Shown: positions 10,120-21,037, counted from the first letter of the stretch. The stretch: DNA of 64,000 nt from Planctomycetota bacterium (GCA_016716265.1 JADJWQ010000004.1:75126-139125), one strand, 5' to 3'. Notes: generated by a model not told the origin, from the sequence alone. Numbers and translations: made by a program.

Positions 10120-12966
10120 ATGCCCCCGCCACGCGTCGACATCCTGCGCCTCAAGGAGCTGTTCGACGCCGCCGCTCCGCTGACGGCAGCGCAGCGCGAG
10201 CGCTACCTCGACGAGCACTGCCCGGGGGACACGCCGCTGCGCCGGAAGCTCGCGCGGATGCTGGCCGACTCCGGGTCGCCGTCGGCCTTCGCCGCGGCGG
10301 GCCCGGCATCGCGCTCCGCCAGCGCGCCGCCCCGCAGGATCGGCCGCTACGTGCTGCAGGCCGAGATCGGCGCGGGAGGCATGGGAGTGGTCCACCGCGC
10401 GCAGCAGCTCGCCCCGGTGTCGCGCGAGGTCGCGATCAAGTGGCTCCGCCCGGGGATGGGCAGCGAGCAGGTGCTGAGGCGCTTCGAACGCGAACGCGAA
10501 GCGCTCGCCGCGATGAACCACGAGAACGTCGTCCGGGTGTTCGACGCCGGGGTGACCGACGACGGACGGCCGTACTTCGTCATGGAGCTCGTCGACGGCG
10601 TGCCCCTGGATCGATACTGCGCCGAACACGAGGCGGGGCTGGTCGAGCGGATCCGGATCTTCCAGCAGGTCTGTGCCGGAGTGCAGCACGCCCACCAGAA
10701 GGGCGTGATCCACCGTGATCTCAAGCCCGCGAACGTGTTGGTCTGCCGCTCCGACGACGGACCGCGGGTCAGGATCATCGACTTCGGCCTCGCCCGAGGG
10801 CACGACCCCGAGCTGGGCGCGGACACGATGATCACGCGGCAGGGCATGCTTCTCGGAACGCCCGAGTACATGTCGCCGGAACAGGTCGCCGGCGATCCCG
10901 GTGCCGTGGATGCGCGCACGGACGTCTACTCGCTCGGCGTGATCCTGTACGAACTCCTCTGCGGCGAGCTACCGCTCTCGTCCGCTGACTTGCGCGACGC
11001 GGGACTGCTCGAGCTGGGGCGGCGGATCAGCGAACGGGAGCCCCGCCGGCCCAGCGCCCGCGTGTGGTCGCAGGTCGCTCGACGGTCGTCGGGCGAATCG
11101 CATCGGAACGGGAGTTCGCGGCAGACGTCGCCGGCCCGGCGCGCGCTCGCCCGCAGGCTGCGCGGCGACCTGGACTGGATCGCGCTCCGGGCCCTGGCGA
11201 AGGACCCCGAGGGGCGCTACGCCTCGGCCGCCGACCTGAGCGCCGACCTCGATCGCCACCTGGCCTGTGAGCCGATCGCGGCCGGGCGTCCCGGCCGGAC
11301 CCACGCCCTGCGCAAGTTCGTGCGTCGCAACCGGCTCGAAGTCGCCGTCGCGGTCACGGTCCTGTCCGCATTCGTCGCCGGTCTGCTCGGTGCGATCGAC
11401 GGCTTGGTCGAAACCGAGGCGGCGCGCAGGCGCGAGAGACTCGCGAGGGTTCGTGAGCAGCAGACGATGGACCCGCTGCGCGTCGCCGACCTGCTCGATC
11501 GGGCGCGCGCACCCTGGCCCTCCGAGCCGACGCTGGAGGCCAATCTGGTGGCGCTCGAGCTGTGGCTCGAGGAAGCCGACCTCCTGCTCGGCCGCGCCGG
11601 GATGCACGAGGCCGCGCTCGCAGGTGTCGCAGGGACCTGGGAGCTCGCTTCGCCGGCCCGCGAGTCCAGCTCCGTCGTCGACCCGGCGTCGGACCCTGGC
11701 GTCGACCATCCGGCGGTCGAGCACCCGGCTGCCGATGACCCGGGCTCCCGGCGCGACGCGAGCGGAGACCGAGGCGCGGCGCGCGCGTCCGGTGCGAAGC
11801 CCGACGCCGCTCCACCCGCCGATCCAGACGGGGGCCCGATCCACGCCGGGCTGCGACCAGGGTCCGAGTCGGCGCGTTTCGCGGCGCTGGCGGACATGCT
11901 CACGTCCCTGCCGGAACTTCGAGCTCGCAGAGACGAGATCGCCGGCCGGCGCGCCGTGCTCGAGCGTCACTGGCCCCTGTGGTCGGTGTTGCGCGACGGC
12001 CTGCGCGGCGTCGAGGGATTCGAGACGGCCGACCTGCGACCTGTCCCGCACCTGATTCCCCTCGGCATCGACTGCGATCGGAACCGCGAGCTCGGCCGCC
12101 AGGTCGAACCGCTCTGGCTGTTCGCGGTCGGAGGAACCGGCGAGATCCCGGAGTGGCTGAACGCCGAGACGGGCGCGCCGGCGCCCTACGGCACGCGCGG
12201 ACGGCTGCGCCTCGTCGAGGACTCCGCAGTGATCCTCGTGCTGCTGCCCGGCGGCGGCTTCTGGCGCGGCACCCAGTGCGACGATCCGACGCTGCCGAAC
12301 TACGACGACATCCCGCGCCCGCACGGCGAACCGCCCGATCGCAGCGGTCCCGTCCTCCACGTGCCCGTGAAGCCGTTCTTCCTGTCGAAGTACGAGCTTA
12401 CCCGGGCCCAGTACGCACGCTTCGTCGCGGCGACCGATCACCGGGCCTGTCCAACACACGGCGCCGCGGACGTCGGTCATCACGCAGCGCGCGGCATCGA
12501 CTGGCGTGACGCTGCGCTGTTCTGCGAATGGGCCGGGCTGGCCTTGCCCAGCGAGACGCGCTGGGAGTATGCGGCGCGGGCGGGCACGACCACGCCGTTC
12601 TGGTCGGGGCGAGACGAGAGCGCACTGGCGCGCGTCGGTTGGTATTGCGGGAATCGTGCGTCCTATCCGCAACCCGTCGGCACGAGCCCGACCGGGATCG
12701 GCGCGCCGAATCCCTGGGGTCTGCACGACGTGCACGGTGGTGTGCGCGAGTGGTGTCAGGACCTGTGTACGAGGCACTGGCGCGAGGGGCCGTGGGACGA
12801 CCGAGCGCGCACCCACGGCGAGAACACCCATCGGATCGCCCGCGGGGGTGGGTTCACGTTGGGCGTCGACGCCGCGCTGGCGGGGCACCGTGCCTACTTC
12901 CCACCCGGGTGTGACTTCCCCGACATGGGGTTCCGTCCGTCCTGCGAGCTGGGCCGAGCACCATGA
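10120..12966 (+). CDS. Ser/Thr protein kinase fused to a C-terminal FGE/SUMF1-like (formylglycine-generating enzyme family) domain
   Basis: ATG at 10120. Kinase motifs [15 protein letters not shown] and [10 protein letters not shown], then one TM segment. The C-terminal domain has [27 protein letters not shown] and GFRP. Confidence 0.9.
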   Translation: MPPPRVDILRLKELFDAAAPLTAAQRERYLDEHCPGDTPLRRKLARMLADSGSPSAFAAAGPASRSASAPPRRIGRYVLQAEIGAGGMGVVHRAQQLAPVSREVAIKWLRPGMGSEQVLRRFEREREALAAMNHENVVRVFDAGVTDDGRPYFVMELVDGVPLDRYCAEHEAGLVERIRIFQQVCAGVQHAHQKGVIHRDLKPANVLVCRSDDGPRVRIIDFGLARGHDPELGADTMITRQGMLLGTPEYMSPEQVAGDPGAVDARTDVYSLGVILYELLCGELPLSSADLRDAGLLELGRRISEREPRRPSARVWSQVARRSSGESHRNGSSRQTSPARRALARRLRGDLDWIALRALAKDPEGRYASAADLSADLDRHLACEPIAAGRPGRTHALRKFVRRNRLEVAVAVTVLSAFVAGLLGAIDGLVETEAARRRERLARVREQQTMDPLRVADLLDRARAPWPSEPTLEANLVALELWLEEADLLLGRAGMHEAALAGVAGTWELASPARESSSVVDPASDPGVDHPAVEHPAADDPGSRRDASGDRGAARASGAKPDAAPPADPDGGPIHAGLRPGSESARFAALADMLTSLPELRARRDEIAGRRAVLERHWPLWSVLRDGLRGVEGFETADLRPVPHLIPLGIDCDRNRELGRQVEPLWLFAVGGTGEIPEWLNAETGAPAPYGTRGRLRLVEDSAVILVLLPGGGFWRGTQCDDPTLPNYDDIPRPHGEPPDRSGPVLHVPVKPFFLSKYELTRAQYARFVAATDHRACPTHGAADVGHHAARGIDWRDAALFCEWAGLALPSETRWEYAARAGTTTPFWSGRDESALARVGWYCGNRASYPQPVGTSPTGIGAPNPWGLHDVHGGVREWCQDLCTRHWREGPWDDRARTHGENTHRIARGGGFTLGVDAALAGHRAYFPPGCDFPDMGFRPSCELGRAP

Positions 12967-15380
12967 TCGAGCGGCAGACGCTCCCGTCGATTGCCGGCTA
13001 CCGCGTTCTGCACAGCGTGGGGTCGGGCGGTTTCGGCACCGTGTATGCGGCCGAACGGCTCGAGCCGGTGCGTCAGCGCGTGGCGCTCAAGGTGCTTCGC
13101 CCGGGTATGGAACGCCCGGAGCTCCTGGCCCGCTTCGAGCGCGAGCGGCAGGCGCTGGCCATGATGAACCACCCGAGCATCGCCGCGATGCTCGACGCCG
13201 GCGTGGACGATCTCGGGCGGCCCTTCGTCGCGATGGAGTTCGTCGACGGCAAGCCGATCACGGAGTTCTGCGACGACCACGCGCTCACCACGCGCCGGCG
13301 GCTCGAGCTGTTCGTCTCGGTGTGTCGCGGCGTGCATCACGCGCATCAGAAGGGCGTCGTCCACCGTGACCTCAAGCCGGCCAACGTCCTCGTCCTCGAG
13401 GCCGATGGCGTCCCACGCCCGAAGATCATCGACTTCGGGATCGCCAGGGCGGTCGAGCCCGACCGCGCCGAGCACTCGTTGCTGACGCTGCCGGGGCGGA
13501 TCCTGGGGACGCCGGACTACATGAGTCCGGAGCAGGCCGATCCCGAGAACGTGGACGTCGATACGCGCTCCGACGTCTACTCGCTCGGCGTGCTGCTGTA
13601 CGAGCTGCTGACCGGAGCGTTGCCGTTCGCGGACGACGAGCTCACGCTCAGGCACCCGGCCGAGGTCCAGCGTATCCTGCGCGAGCGGGATCCTCGGCCG
13701 CCGAGCACGCAGAGCCGCGCGCAGAATCCGGCGGCTGCCGAAGCCCGGGCGAAGAACCGCGGCCTGTCGATCGAGCTGCTCGCGCAACGACTCCGCGGCG
13801 ACCTCGATGCGATCACGATGATGGCGCTCCGCAAGGAACGGGAGCGTCGCTATCCCTCGGCCAGCGCGCTGGCCGACGACGTGGATCGCCACCTGCGCGC
13901 CGAGTTGGTCCTCGCGCGGCCGGCGACCGCGCGGTACCGGTTCGGCCGATTCGTCCGCCGACACCGGGCAGCCGTCGCAGCGGCGTGCGTCGCCGTCACG
14001 GCTTTGATCGGCGCCTTCCTCGTGACGCTGTGGAGTCTCGGTCGCTCCGTCGAGGCGCGAGCGCGGGAGGTCGCCGCACACGCGCTGGAGCGTCGGGCGA
14101 CGGACCCGCTGAGGGTCGAGCAGCTGCTGCATCGGGCGAGGATCCCCTGGCCGCAGACCGTGGACGCCGCTCAGGAGAACGACCGCTGGCAGGCCTGGCT
14201 CGAAGAAGCCGAGGACGTGCTGAGTCGTGTCCCCGAGCTCGCGACCGCGACCTCATCACGCTCGGCCGACCACGTCGACCTGCGAACGCGGAACCTCGGG
14301 CAGATGCGGGCTCGCTTGCCCGAGCTCCGTCGCTGGCGCACGGAGGTCGCCGGGCGCCGTGCGGTTCTCGCGCGTCATGGCCCGCTTTGGGAGACCTGTC
14401 GTGAGAGCCTTCGAGCCTCCCCCGACTTCGCGGGTGTCGACGTCGCGCCGTTGCCGCGGTTGATTCCTCTGGGCATCGACCTCGATCGCGACAGGCGTCT
14501 CGGGCGCCAGGTTCAGCCGCTGTGGGTGTTCGCGGTCGGCGGCACAGGTGCGATCCCGCGCTGGGTCGACGATCGAGGGCGGGACGTCGACTACGGTGGG
14601 CCCGGTCGGGCGGTCATGGCCGTCGACACGGCCGTTCTGCTGGTCCTCCTCCCGGGCGGCTCGGCGTGGCAGGGTACTCAGACCAACGATCCGAACGCGT
14701 TGCATTACGAGGCCCTGCCGGAGGGCGTGTCGCTCGGCACGGAGGCACCGCTCCACCGGGTCACGTTGTCGCCCTTCTTCCTCGCCAAGTATGAGGTGAC
14801 CAACGAACAGTACCTGCGCTTCGTCGCGGCGACCGGGGCGGCGTTGCCCGACTACGTCGACCACGAGCGGATCGGCGGCGCGGGGAAGCCGGTCGTCGGC
14901 GTCGATCGGGACGAGGCGATGGCGTTCTGTCGTTGGCTCGGCCTGCGGCTGCCGAGCGAGTCGGAGTGGGAATATGCCTGCCGCGCCGGAACGACGACGA
15001 GATTCTGGTTCGGCGACGAACCCGAGGAGCTGATGCGGGCGGGGTGGATCGGACGCCGGTCGGAACAGGGCGGCTCTCCGATGCCGGTAATGCTGGGCGG
15101 TCGCGGGGTGTCCCGAGCGAATCCCTGGGGTCTCCACCACATGCATGGCAACGTGGAGGAGATCTGTCGTGACGACTTCCATGGGTCCTACGTCGGCGCG
15201 CCGGCCGACGGCAGTCCGCGCGTCGACGGTGAGGGGCTCGGACCCGTGCGCCGCGGCGGGTCGTGGCACGACGGCTGGGAGTTCTGCCGGTCGGCAACTC
15301 GCACGAGCAACCGGCCGCATGGGCCCTACGGTCGACGGTTCGACCGCCTCGGCTTCCGGGTCGCGCGGAACCCGTACTGA
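12963..15380 (+). CDS. Ser/Thr protein kinase fused to a C-terminal FGE/SUMF1-like domain (tandem paralog)
   Basis: Start overlaps the upstream stop (ATGA at 12963-12966). Motifs [16 protein letters not shown] and [10 protein letters not shown], then a TM segment, then [34 protein letters not shown] and LGFRVARNP. Confidence 0.9.
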   Translation: MIERQTLPSIAGYRVLHSVGSGGFGTVYAAERLEPVRQRVALKVLRPGMERPELLARFERERQALAMMNHPSIAAMLDAGVDDLGRPFVAMEFVDGKPITEFCDDHALTTRRRLELFVSVCRGVHHAHQKGVVHRDLKPANVLVLEADGVPRPKIIDFGIARAVEPDRAEHSLLTLPGRILGTPDYMSPEQADPENVDVDTRSDVYSLGVLLYELLTGALPFADDELTLRHPAEVQRILRERDPRPPSTQSRAQNPAAAEARAKNRGLSIELLAQRLRGDLDAITMMALRKERERRYPSASALADDVDRHLRAELVLARPATARYRFGRFVRRHRAAVAAACVAVTALIGAFLVTLWSLGRSVEARAREVAAHALERRATDPLRVEQLLHRARIPWPQTVDAAQENDRWQAWLEEAEDVLSRVPELATATSSRSADHVDLRTRNLGQMRARLPELRRWRTEVAGRRAVLARHGPLWETCRESLRASPDFAGVDVAPLPRLIPLGIDLDRDRRLGRQVQPLWVFAVGGTGAIPRWVDDRGRDVDYGGPGRAVMAVDTAVLLVLLPGGSAWQGTQTNDPNALHYEALPEGVSLGTEAPLHRVTLSPFFLAKYEVTNEQYLRFVAATGAALPDYVDHERIGGAGKPVVGVDRDEAMAFCRWLGLRLPSESEWEYACRAGTTTRFWFGDEPEELMRAGWIGRRSEQGGSPMPVMLGGRGVSRANPWGLHHMHGNVEEICRDDFHGSYVGAPADGSPRVDGEGLGPVRRGGSWHDGWEFCRSATRTSNRPHGPYGRRFDRLGFRVARNPY

Positions 15381-15482
15381 CGCCCGGCGGCTTCGGCCTA
15401 CGATTGGCCGGCGTGGTCTCGGCACGCGCGGTGGAATCCCGTAACTCCAGACGCCTTCGGGCGCTCCACATCTGGAGGGAAC

Positions 15483-16064
15483 GTGACGCAACGCGACTCA
15501 TCGCAACGGATCTCTGAACTCATCGAGTCGGCGCAGGCGGGCGGCGAGCAGGCGGCAGAGGAGCTGTTCCCCCTCCTGTACGGAGAGCTTCGTGACCTCG
15601 CACGACAGATGATCGCCCGCGAACGACCGGGCCAGACCCTGCAGCCCACCGCGCTCGTCCACGAGGCCTACCTGCGGATCGTCGGCGGGCGCGACCGCGG
15701 CTGGGACGGCCGCCCCCACCTGTTCGCGGCGGTCGCCGAGGCCATGCGCCGGATCCTGATCAACCGTGCCCGGCGCAAGGGCCGGATCAAGCACGGCGGC
15801 GATCACGAGCGCGTCGAACTGGACCTGACCGACCTGCCCATCGAGGCGCCGAGCGAGGACATCCTGCAGGTCGAAGAGGCGCTCGCGTCACTCGAGGCGG
15901 CCTATCCCCAGGCGCGGGCGATCGTCAATCTGCGCTACTTCGCGGGGTTCACGAACCAGGAAACCGCGGATGCGCTGGGGATGTCCGATGCGACGGTTCG
16001 GCGCGAGTGGCGCTTCATCCACGCCTGGCTGCGAGACGCCCTGGGCCCCGTCGGGCCGGAGTGA
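15483..16064 (+). CDS. ECF-type RNA polymerase sigma factor (TIGR02999 / Sig-70_X6-like)
   Basis: GTG start. Motifs 'LIESAQAGGEQAAEELFPLLYGELRDLARQ', 'LQPTALVHEAYLRI' and region 4 'LRYFAGFTNQETADALGMSDATVRREWRFIHAWL' are typical of the kinase-associated ECF group. Confidence 0.9.
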   Translation: MTQRDSSQRISELIESAQAGGEQAAEELFPLLYGELRDLARQMIARERPGQTLQPTALVHEAYLRIVGGRDRGWDGRPHLFAAVAEAMRRILINRARRKGRIKHGGDHERVELDLTDLPIEAPSEDILQVEEALASLEAAYPQARAIVNLRYFAGFTNQETADALGMSDATVRREWRFIHAWLRDALGPVGPE

Positions 16065-16292
16065 ACCCCGACGTCGCCAGGCGACGCCGAGGCGCGGTCC
16101 GCCGGAGGCCGTCCGGAGTTCCCGCGCGGCTCAGTTCCCGACGGCGTCCTGTCCGGAAAGAGCGCCGACGTCATTCTGGTGTTCCGGCGACGCTCGCGAC
16201 CGCGTCTCCGCAATACGACTCGCGAGGGTCAGGCCGAGCAACGGCCGCTTCGGGCACACCGGTCGCGCGATGTACCGGTCGGTGACTGGCTT

Positions 16293-17388
16293 TCCTTCTC
16301 CCGACGCGACCGTGATCAGGCCGCGCGCTCGTCGTGGCGGAGCAGGCCACCGAGGCGTTCGCGCGCATCGACGTCCCCGGTTCCCGCGGCGGGTATCCCG
16401 GCGATGAGCTCGTTGCCGATGCCTTGGTGCGGACGCTCGGTGGTAGTGCGTGACGAACTCCCGAACGGCGCGATCGAGGTGGCCAGTGCCGAAGAGGATG
16501 AGCCGATCGAGGCACTCGCGCTTGATCGAGAGCGCGAAGCGCTCGGCGAACGCGTTCATGTTCGGCGCCTGGTAAGAGGTCGTCACCGGACACACGCCGG
16601 CGTCGGTCAGGATGCGCTTGAAGCGGCCGCTGAACTTCGTGTCGCGATCGAGGACCAGGAACCGCTTCGCGCGGAGGAATCCGTCGACGTGGTCGGTGAG
16701 GTTGCGCGCGACCTGCGCCATGAACGCGGAGTCAGGGTTCGTCGTGATGCCGGCGATCTCGACGGCTCGCGTCGCGTGGTCGATCACGAACAGCACGTAG
16801 AGGGTGACGAGCCCCCGAGCCGTCCACACCTCAGCCGTGAAGAAGTCGATGGCGGCGATGACGTCGGCGTGGGAGCGGAGGAAAGCGCGCCAGCTGGTCG
16901 GCCGATCAGGGCTCGGCTTGGTGCCGTGCTCCTTCAGCGTCTTGGCGACCGTCGACTTGGCGACGCAGTGTCCGAGCTTCTTCAGCTCGCCCTGGATGCG
17001 GCAGTAGCCCCAGGTCGAGTTCTCGGCGGCCATGCGGACGATCAGTGTCCGGATCTCCTTCATGATCCCGGGCCGACCGACGCGGCGAGACGGGTAGGTC
17101 CACTTCGCGGCAATCAGTCGGCGGTGCCAGCGCAGGATGGTGTCGGGCGTGGCGATGGTCGCGACGCGGGCGAGGAGTCGCCGGCTGCCGAGCTGTTCTC
17201 GGAGAACGCGGCGCTCCTCGATCAGGTACGCGACGGTCCGCGCCTGCTCGTGGTGGACCCAGCCGCCAACGGCGGTCAGGATGACACGGAGGGGCTGGAA
17301 TCGGAGCACGGCGCGCATGATCGCGGCGGTCGAGCGCAAGTTCGTAAGTCCACGGAGCGCAGCGCGTTCGATTCTCCGGACAGCACGG
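16293..17388 (-). mobile_element. rve-type IS, copy A (boundaries approximate)
   Basis: Ends inferred from where similarity to the other copies stops. The other copies are 25484..25929, 18144..18277 and 1988..2160. About 100 bp beyond 17388 repeats an internal segment (GGAGGGGCTGGA..GCACGG..GATCG), suggesting a further partial copy. Confidence 0.6.
16316..17318 (-). pseudogene. rve-domain transposase of copy A, frameshifted near the C-terminus
   Basis: ATG at 17318 (MRAVLRFQPL...). Core: [35 protein letters not shown] ... FLVLDRDTKF ... APNMNAFAERF. After 'THYH' (about 16437) the expected 'ERPHQGIGNELI...ERLGGLLRHDERAA*' lies in another frame and ends at 16316. Relative to copy C it also lacks a ~21-codon segment ([14 protein letters not shown]...). 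Confidence 0.75.
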
Positions 17389-17511
17389 GTGGAGGGGCTG
17401 GAGTCCGGGCACGGGGCGCCGATCGTACCGGTGAAGCGCAGGCCCTCACGTGAACCGCCCGCAGCGCGCTCGAGTCTTCGCGCCTCGTGCGCACACCCCG
17501 GCAATGCTGCG

Positions 17512-17784
17512 TCAGATCGCCCGTCGAGACGTGCCGGGAGCCGCCGTGCCGCGGAGCAGCCCTGCGACGCTCAGATCCTCGTCGACGTCCGGCCAGTGAA
17601 TGCCGTGACCGTCGCCCAGCAGCCGCCAGTTGAGGCGTTGTTCGTTCGTAGCGTGGAGTAGGCGGGGGAACCAAGCCAACGGAACGATCACGCGACGCCC
17701 ATCGGCTAGCTCGACTGAGAGTTCATCCTCGGTAACCACGACGTCTGTCGCGCGCGGGTCGACGCTAGGATCCGAAGTAGTCAT
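17512..17784 (-). CDS. DUF2442-family protein
   Basis: 'VELADGRRVIVPLAWFPRLLHATNEQRLNWRLLGDGHGIHWPDVDEDLSVAGLL' matches the DUF2442 pattern as I recall it. Confidence 0.75.
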   Translation of the reverse strand: MTTSDPSVDPRATDVVVTEDELSVELADGRRVIVPLAWFPRLLHATNEQRLNWRLLGDGHGIHWPDVDEDLSVAGLLRGTAAPGTSRRAI

Positions 17785-18001
17785 GCCATGCCCTCAGGAA
17801 CGTCGAGCGGTGCTCATGAACCTGGCGTTCCAGCCGACGAAGCTCTCGGGCGCCAAGACGACTGGACGCAGCCAAGGATACCGGTTCGAGCCAGAACTTG
17901 GCGAGTGCCCCCGCTTGCTCGATGTGGATGTGCGGCGGTTCAGACCCTTCGTTCGAGTAGAAGAAGAACCGCGCCGGCCCGATCCGAAGAACCGTTGGCA
18001 T
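17765..18001 (-). CDS. DUF4160-family protein
   Basis: ATG at 18001 gives 'MPTVLRIGPARFFFYSNEGSEPPHIHIEQAGALAKFWLEPV', a typical DUF4160 N-terminus. It overlaps the DUF2442 gene by 20 nt, consistent with a two-gene module. Confidence 0.75.
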   Translation of the reverse strand: MPTVLRIGPARFFFYSNEGSEPPHIHIEQAGALAKFWLEPVSLAASSRLGARELRRLERQVHEHRSTFLRAWHDYFGS

Positions 18002-18143
18002 CTCCGGCGCATCGTAGCTGGGTGCACCGACAGGCCAAGCCGGTGGGCGACCGCCGTCCCCGTTCGGCGATTCGGCCGGCGAGCCCGCGCCTTCCACCTC
18101 GCGCAACACCGGCGCCGCGAACTGCGGTTCGATCCGTGACCTA

Positions 18144-18277
18144 CATCCCCTCTCCTGACGCGACCGTGATCAGGCCCCGCGTTCGTAGTGGCGGAGCAGA
18201 CCGTCGAGGCGCTCGTGGGCGGCGGCTCTGCTGGTGCTGGCGCTCGGTGAACGGCGCGCGCGCGGGGTTCGGGGGCC
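18144..18277 (-). mobile_element. 3'-terminal fragment of the rve-type IS
   Basis: Has the terminal motif ATCCCCTCTCCTGACGCGACCGTGATCAGG and encodes only the transposase tail '...HERLDGLLRHYERGA*'. It is cut off abruptly at 18278 by the GAGTGTGCAA repeat element. Confidence 0.55.
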
Positions 18278-18347
18278 GAGTGTGCAACGGAGTGTGCAAT
18301 TGCCCAGGCCACAACCTGGCACGATCTGGCACAGCCTGGCACGACGG
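18278..18347 (+). repeat. repeat element terminus, copy L: GAGTGTGCAA doublet plus 10-bp phased GGCACG units
   Basis: GAGTGTGCAACGGAGTGTGCAATTG is followed by GGCACGATCT / GGCACAGCCT / GGCACGACGG at exact 10-bp spacing. About 85% identical to 20842..20908 in the same orientation, with unrelated left flanks. Confidence 0.7.
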
Positions 18348-18670
18348 TGCGCCGCCCGAACCGCCACAACCTCGGCCGCGTGGCACACATGGGCACTCCC
18401 TGACGCAGCCCGGCACGCTTCTGGCGCGGAGTCAGCAACTCGAAGGCGGGTTTCATTCCGATTCCGACAGGTCTTCACATATGGATCAACAGGTCTATAT
18501 GGAACCACAAGCTGGTAGCCGGCGGCGTGATGGTGGGTGCGTTCGTCGTGTGGGAGACTCCTCGAGCACTCTGGAGGTATTTTCAGGAGTAGTTAATTCG
18601 CGCCACGCGAGGCGGGTGTGTGCGTCGCGAACGCAACATGAATAGGGGGTAGGTTCGACTTCGGGCAGGA

Positions 18671-20065
18671 TCATGCGGCACGTCGATCGAGGTAGTCTTG
18701 CCACGCCACAGGCCACCGCTCGTCCTTGACGAGCACGCGCAGGTTGAGCACACGCTGACCGCCTTCGTCCGACCATCGCATGCCGCTGCGCTTGAGTCGG
18801 TGGGCGACGATGTTCTTCGCTGCGGACTCGACGTGACCACTCCCGATGGGGAGCCCCATCGCGATGAAAGCGCTGTATCGCATTCGTTCGCGGTTCCTCG
18901 CGAAGTGCTTGATCGCCCGGCGAACCACATCGCGTGCGTCGGAGCCAGCGGGCAGCAGCTTCACGTATCTCTTGAGCGCGCGCAGCAGGTTGTCGACGCC
19001 GTCGTCGTCGAGCAGAAGCCGCTCGCGACGATTCTCGAACCAGCGTGAGGCCTCGGGAGTGTCTGGTCCGAAGATCGCCTGCGCGGCGCCGGAGAGACTC
19101 TGGGCGGCGTGGTAGAAGTCGAGGATCAGCACCGCACCGACGAACTCCTCGCGCTTCTCTGCGGTAGTCCAGATCGAGTCCTTGCCGTCGCAGATGATCG
19201 CCACCTGGCCAGGCTGGCGCTCTTCACGGAGTGCGGCGACGCGCGCCGCTACCTGATCGATCAGCGTCTTCATGCCGGTTTCCGGCATCCGTGCGAAGTA
19301 GCGACTGTCCCGCAGTTGTGGTCTGGTCTCCCGTCGGTCGGCGGGTCGTAGGCAGAGATGCGCCCGATTCCAGCCTCCTTCCACTCCGTCTTGCCGTCTC
19401 CGCGAACGGGGACCATCACGCCGTCCCAGCTGATCACGAGGTTTGCGCTGTCGGCCAGAGGAGCATCGCGAGCGATGACCTCCTCGACCTCGTCTCCGCG
19501 CTTCTCGAAGAAGTCGCCGACGTCGCGGATCACCCGCTTGATCGCCGTCGACGACGGCGCAACAGGCAACGCCTTGGTCATCAGCTGCTCGACCTCGCAA
19601 GGCGTCAGAGCGCTGCACGAGAACGCGACCATCTCCTCGATCTCGGGCGTCATGAAGCGGTCTGTCATCCCGCAGCGCTCGTCGAGCGGCACGACTCCGC
19701 CGGACTCATCGTCCGCCGCGTAGTACCGCCGCGACACCGTCGCCAGGCCGAACGCCGTCAGCCACTGCTTCGGCGCGATCCCCTTTGAACCGATGCTGTC
19801 GCCCTCTGTGTTCGACGGACGCGTGCGCCACGTCCGTGGCCTCCAAGGTCGCGACCAGAGCGCTCAGCGCCACCGCCGAACTCGCCGCCCTCAGCCCGGT
19901 TGTCAGGTCCTGAAACGCGGACGGCTGCGGACCCGACCCCTCGAACGAACTGACCAAGCGGTCGAGTTGTCGTCGGAACTTGACCACTGCGTCGTCCAGG
20001 CGTTCACTGAGCTGGGCTGCGGAGAGCGGCGCGTTGCCGCACGCAAGTACCGTGTTTGTTGCCAC
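18671..20065 (-). pseudogene. ISKra4-like transposase, at least 2 frameshifts
   Basis: Three consecutive minus-strand ORF pieces: 19706..20065, 19270..19737 and 18671..19618. The C-terminal part is 'ILDFYHAAQ...FARNRERMRYSAFIAMGLPIGSGHVESAAKNIVAHRLKRSGMRWSDEGGQRVLNLRVLV', typical of the ISKra4 family as I recall it. Confidence 0.7.
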
Positions 20066-20130
20066 TTACCTGGTACGAACGACTCCGCAGCCCACTCCCA
20101 ACTTTCTGCCAGAACTGAAATCCACCCCCC

Positions 20131-20760
20131 ATGAATACGCAACCGGTAACGCGTGTTCTATTAGGCATCACTGGAGCCGCGACCATGGCATGGGGCGCCT
20201 GGACTGGATTAACATTGACCGCGAACGGCAATTTCTGCGCGGGGACCTTGATTCTGTTCGGTGCGCTCTCAATGCTATGGCTCGTGTTGTCGGCGAGGAC
20301 GGATGAGCATCGGCGCGCAACTCCAACAGAGCCGATTCGAGTGGAGACGTGGGACGACATGGAGAGTCGCTGGTTCGCGTACAGCGCCGAGGATGAGGTG
20401 TGGGAGGCGCACGTTTCCCGTGCCGGGCAAGACATGCATCTGACGTTCTCGGTTCCGGGTGATGTCGGCGGCGTGCCGCAGCGTGTCGTGGATGACGCCG
20501 CACGTCTCGTGGCTCTGACGCTCCGGGGTAGTCACGTGGACGATATGCTCGGAAGAGAGCAAGTAACGTGGCGTGGACCCGATCGAGATCGGATCACGCG
20601 GTTACAACCATGCGGTATGTGGTTTGTGCTCGGCGGCAATAGTGAGATAAATCACGTAGAACTGGAGCTGTACGATCCGGAGAGTGGACTGGACGAGAAC
20701 TGGCGATGCGATCTTCTGAATGATGGCCGGATCGCTTTGGGAGCACTCGTGCTCGAGTGA
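20131..20760 (+). CDS. hypothetical protein with two N-terminal TM helices
   Basis: 209-aa ORF in a locally AT-richer stretch between IS debris. Hydrophobic segments VLLGITGAATMAWGAW and GTLILFGALSMLWLVL. I recognise no family. Confidence 0.45.
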   Translation: MNTQPVTRVLLGITGAATMAWGAWTGLTLTANGNFCAGTLILFGALSMLWLVLSARTDEHRRATPTEPIRVETWDDMESRWFAYSAEDEVWEAHVSRAGQDMHLTFSVPGDVGGVPQRVVDDAARLVALTLRGSHVDDMLGREQVTWRGPDRDRITRLQPCGMWFVLGGNSEINHVELELYDPESGLDENWRCDLLNDGRIALGALVLE

Positions 20761-20841
20761 ATGCTGCGATGAACGAATTTCAGGTGCCCGAGTTCGGCCG
20801 AGAATCGCCGGTTTGCGGCCGATCTGCATTTCGCGGCGGGC

Positions 20842-20921
20842 GAGTGTGCAATGGAGTGTGCAATTGGGCTGGCCACACGGGGGCACGGTCCGGCACAGCC
20901 TGGCACGATCTGGCAGGGCGC
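20842..20921 (+). repeat. repeat element terminus, copy R: GAGTGTGCAA doublet plus 10-bp phased GGCACG array
   Basis: GAGTGTGCAATGGAGTGTGCAATTG is followed by GGCACGGTCC / GGCACAGCCT / GGCACGATCT / GGCAGGGCGC with exact 10-bp period (20882..20921). Confidence 0.7.
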
Positions 20922-20997
20922 GGTTCGCGAGGTAGGCCCTGCGATGTGCCGGGACGCGCTCCGAGCCGTGAGGGCGAGTGCTCGAGCGCGGGTCCGG

Positions 20998-21037
20998 GGC
21001 ACGACCTGGCACGGCGTGGCACGATCCGGCACGGGTC
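20998..21037 (+). repeat. second 10-bp phased GGCACG array (4 units)
   Basis: GGCACGACCT / GGCACGGCGT / GGCACGATCC / GGCACGGGTC. It is followed by GAGGTAGGCCCTGCGA, which also occurs at about 20930, indicating an internal ~125-bp duplication. Confidence 0.7.

Noticed and set aside
18318-18347. Sigma-54 promoter-like TGGCACG-N4-TGGCA strings within the 10-bp repeats.
   Set aside because: The -12 element would be GGCA instead of TTGC, and the GG/GC spacing is off by one from the canonical -24/-12 arrangement. The repetition fits binding-site arrays better than a promoter.
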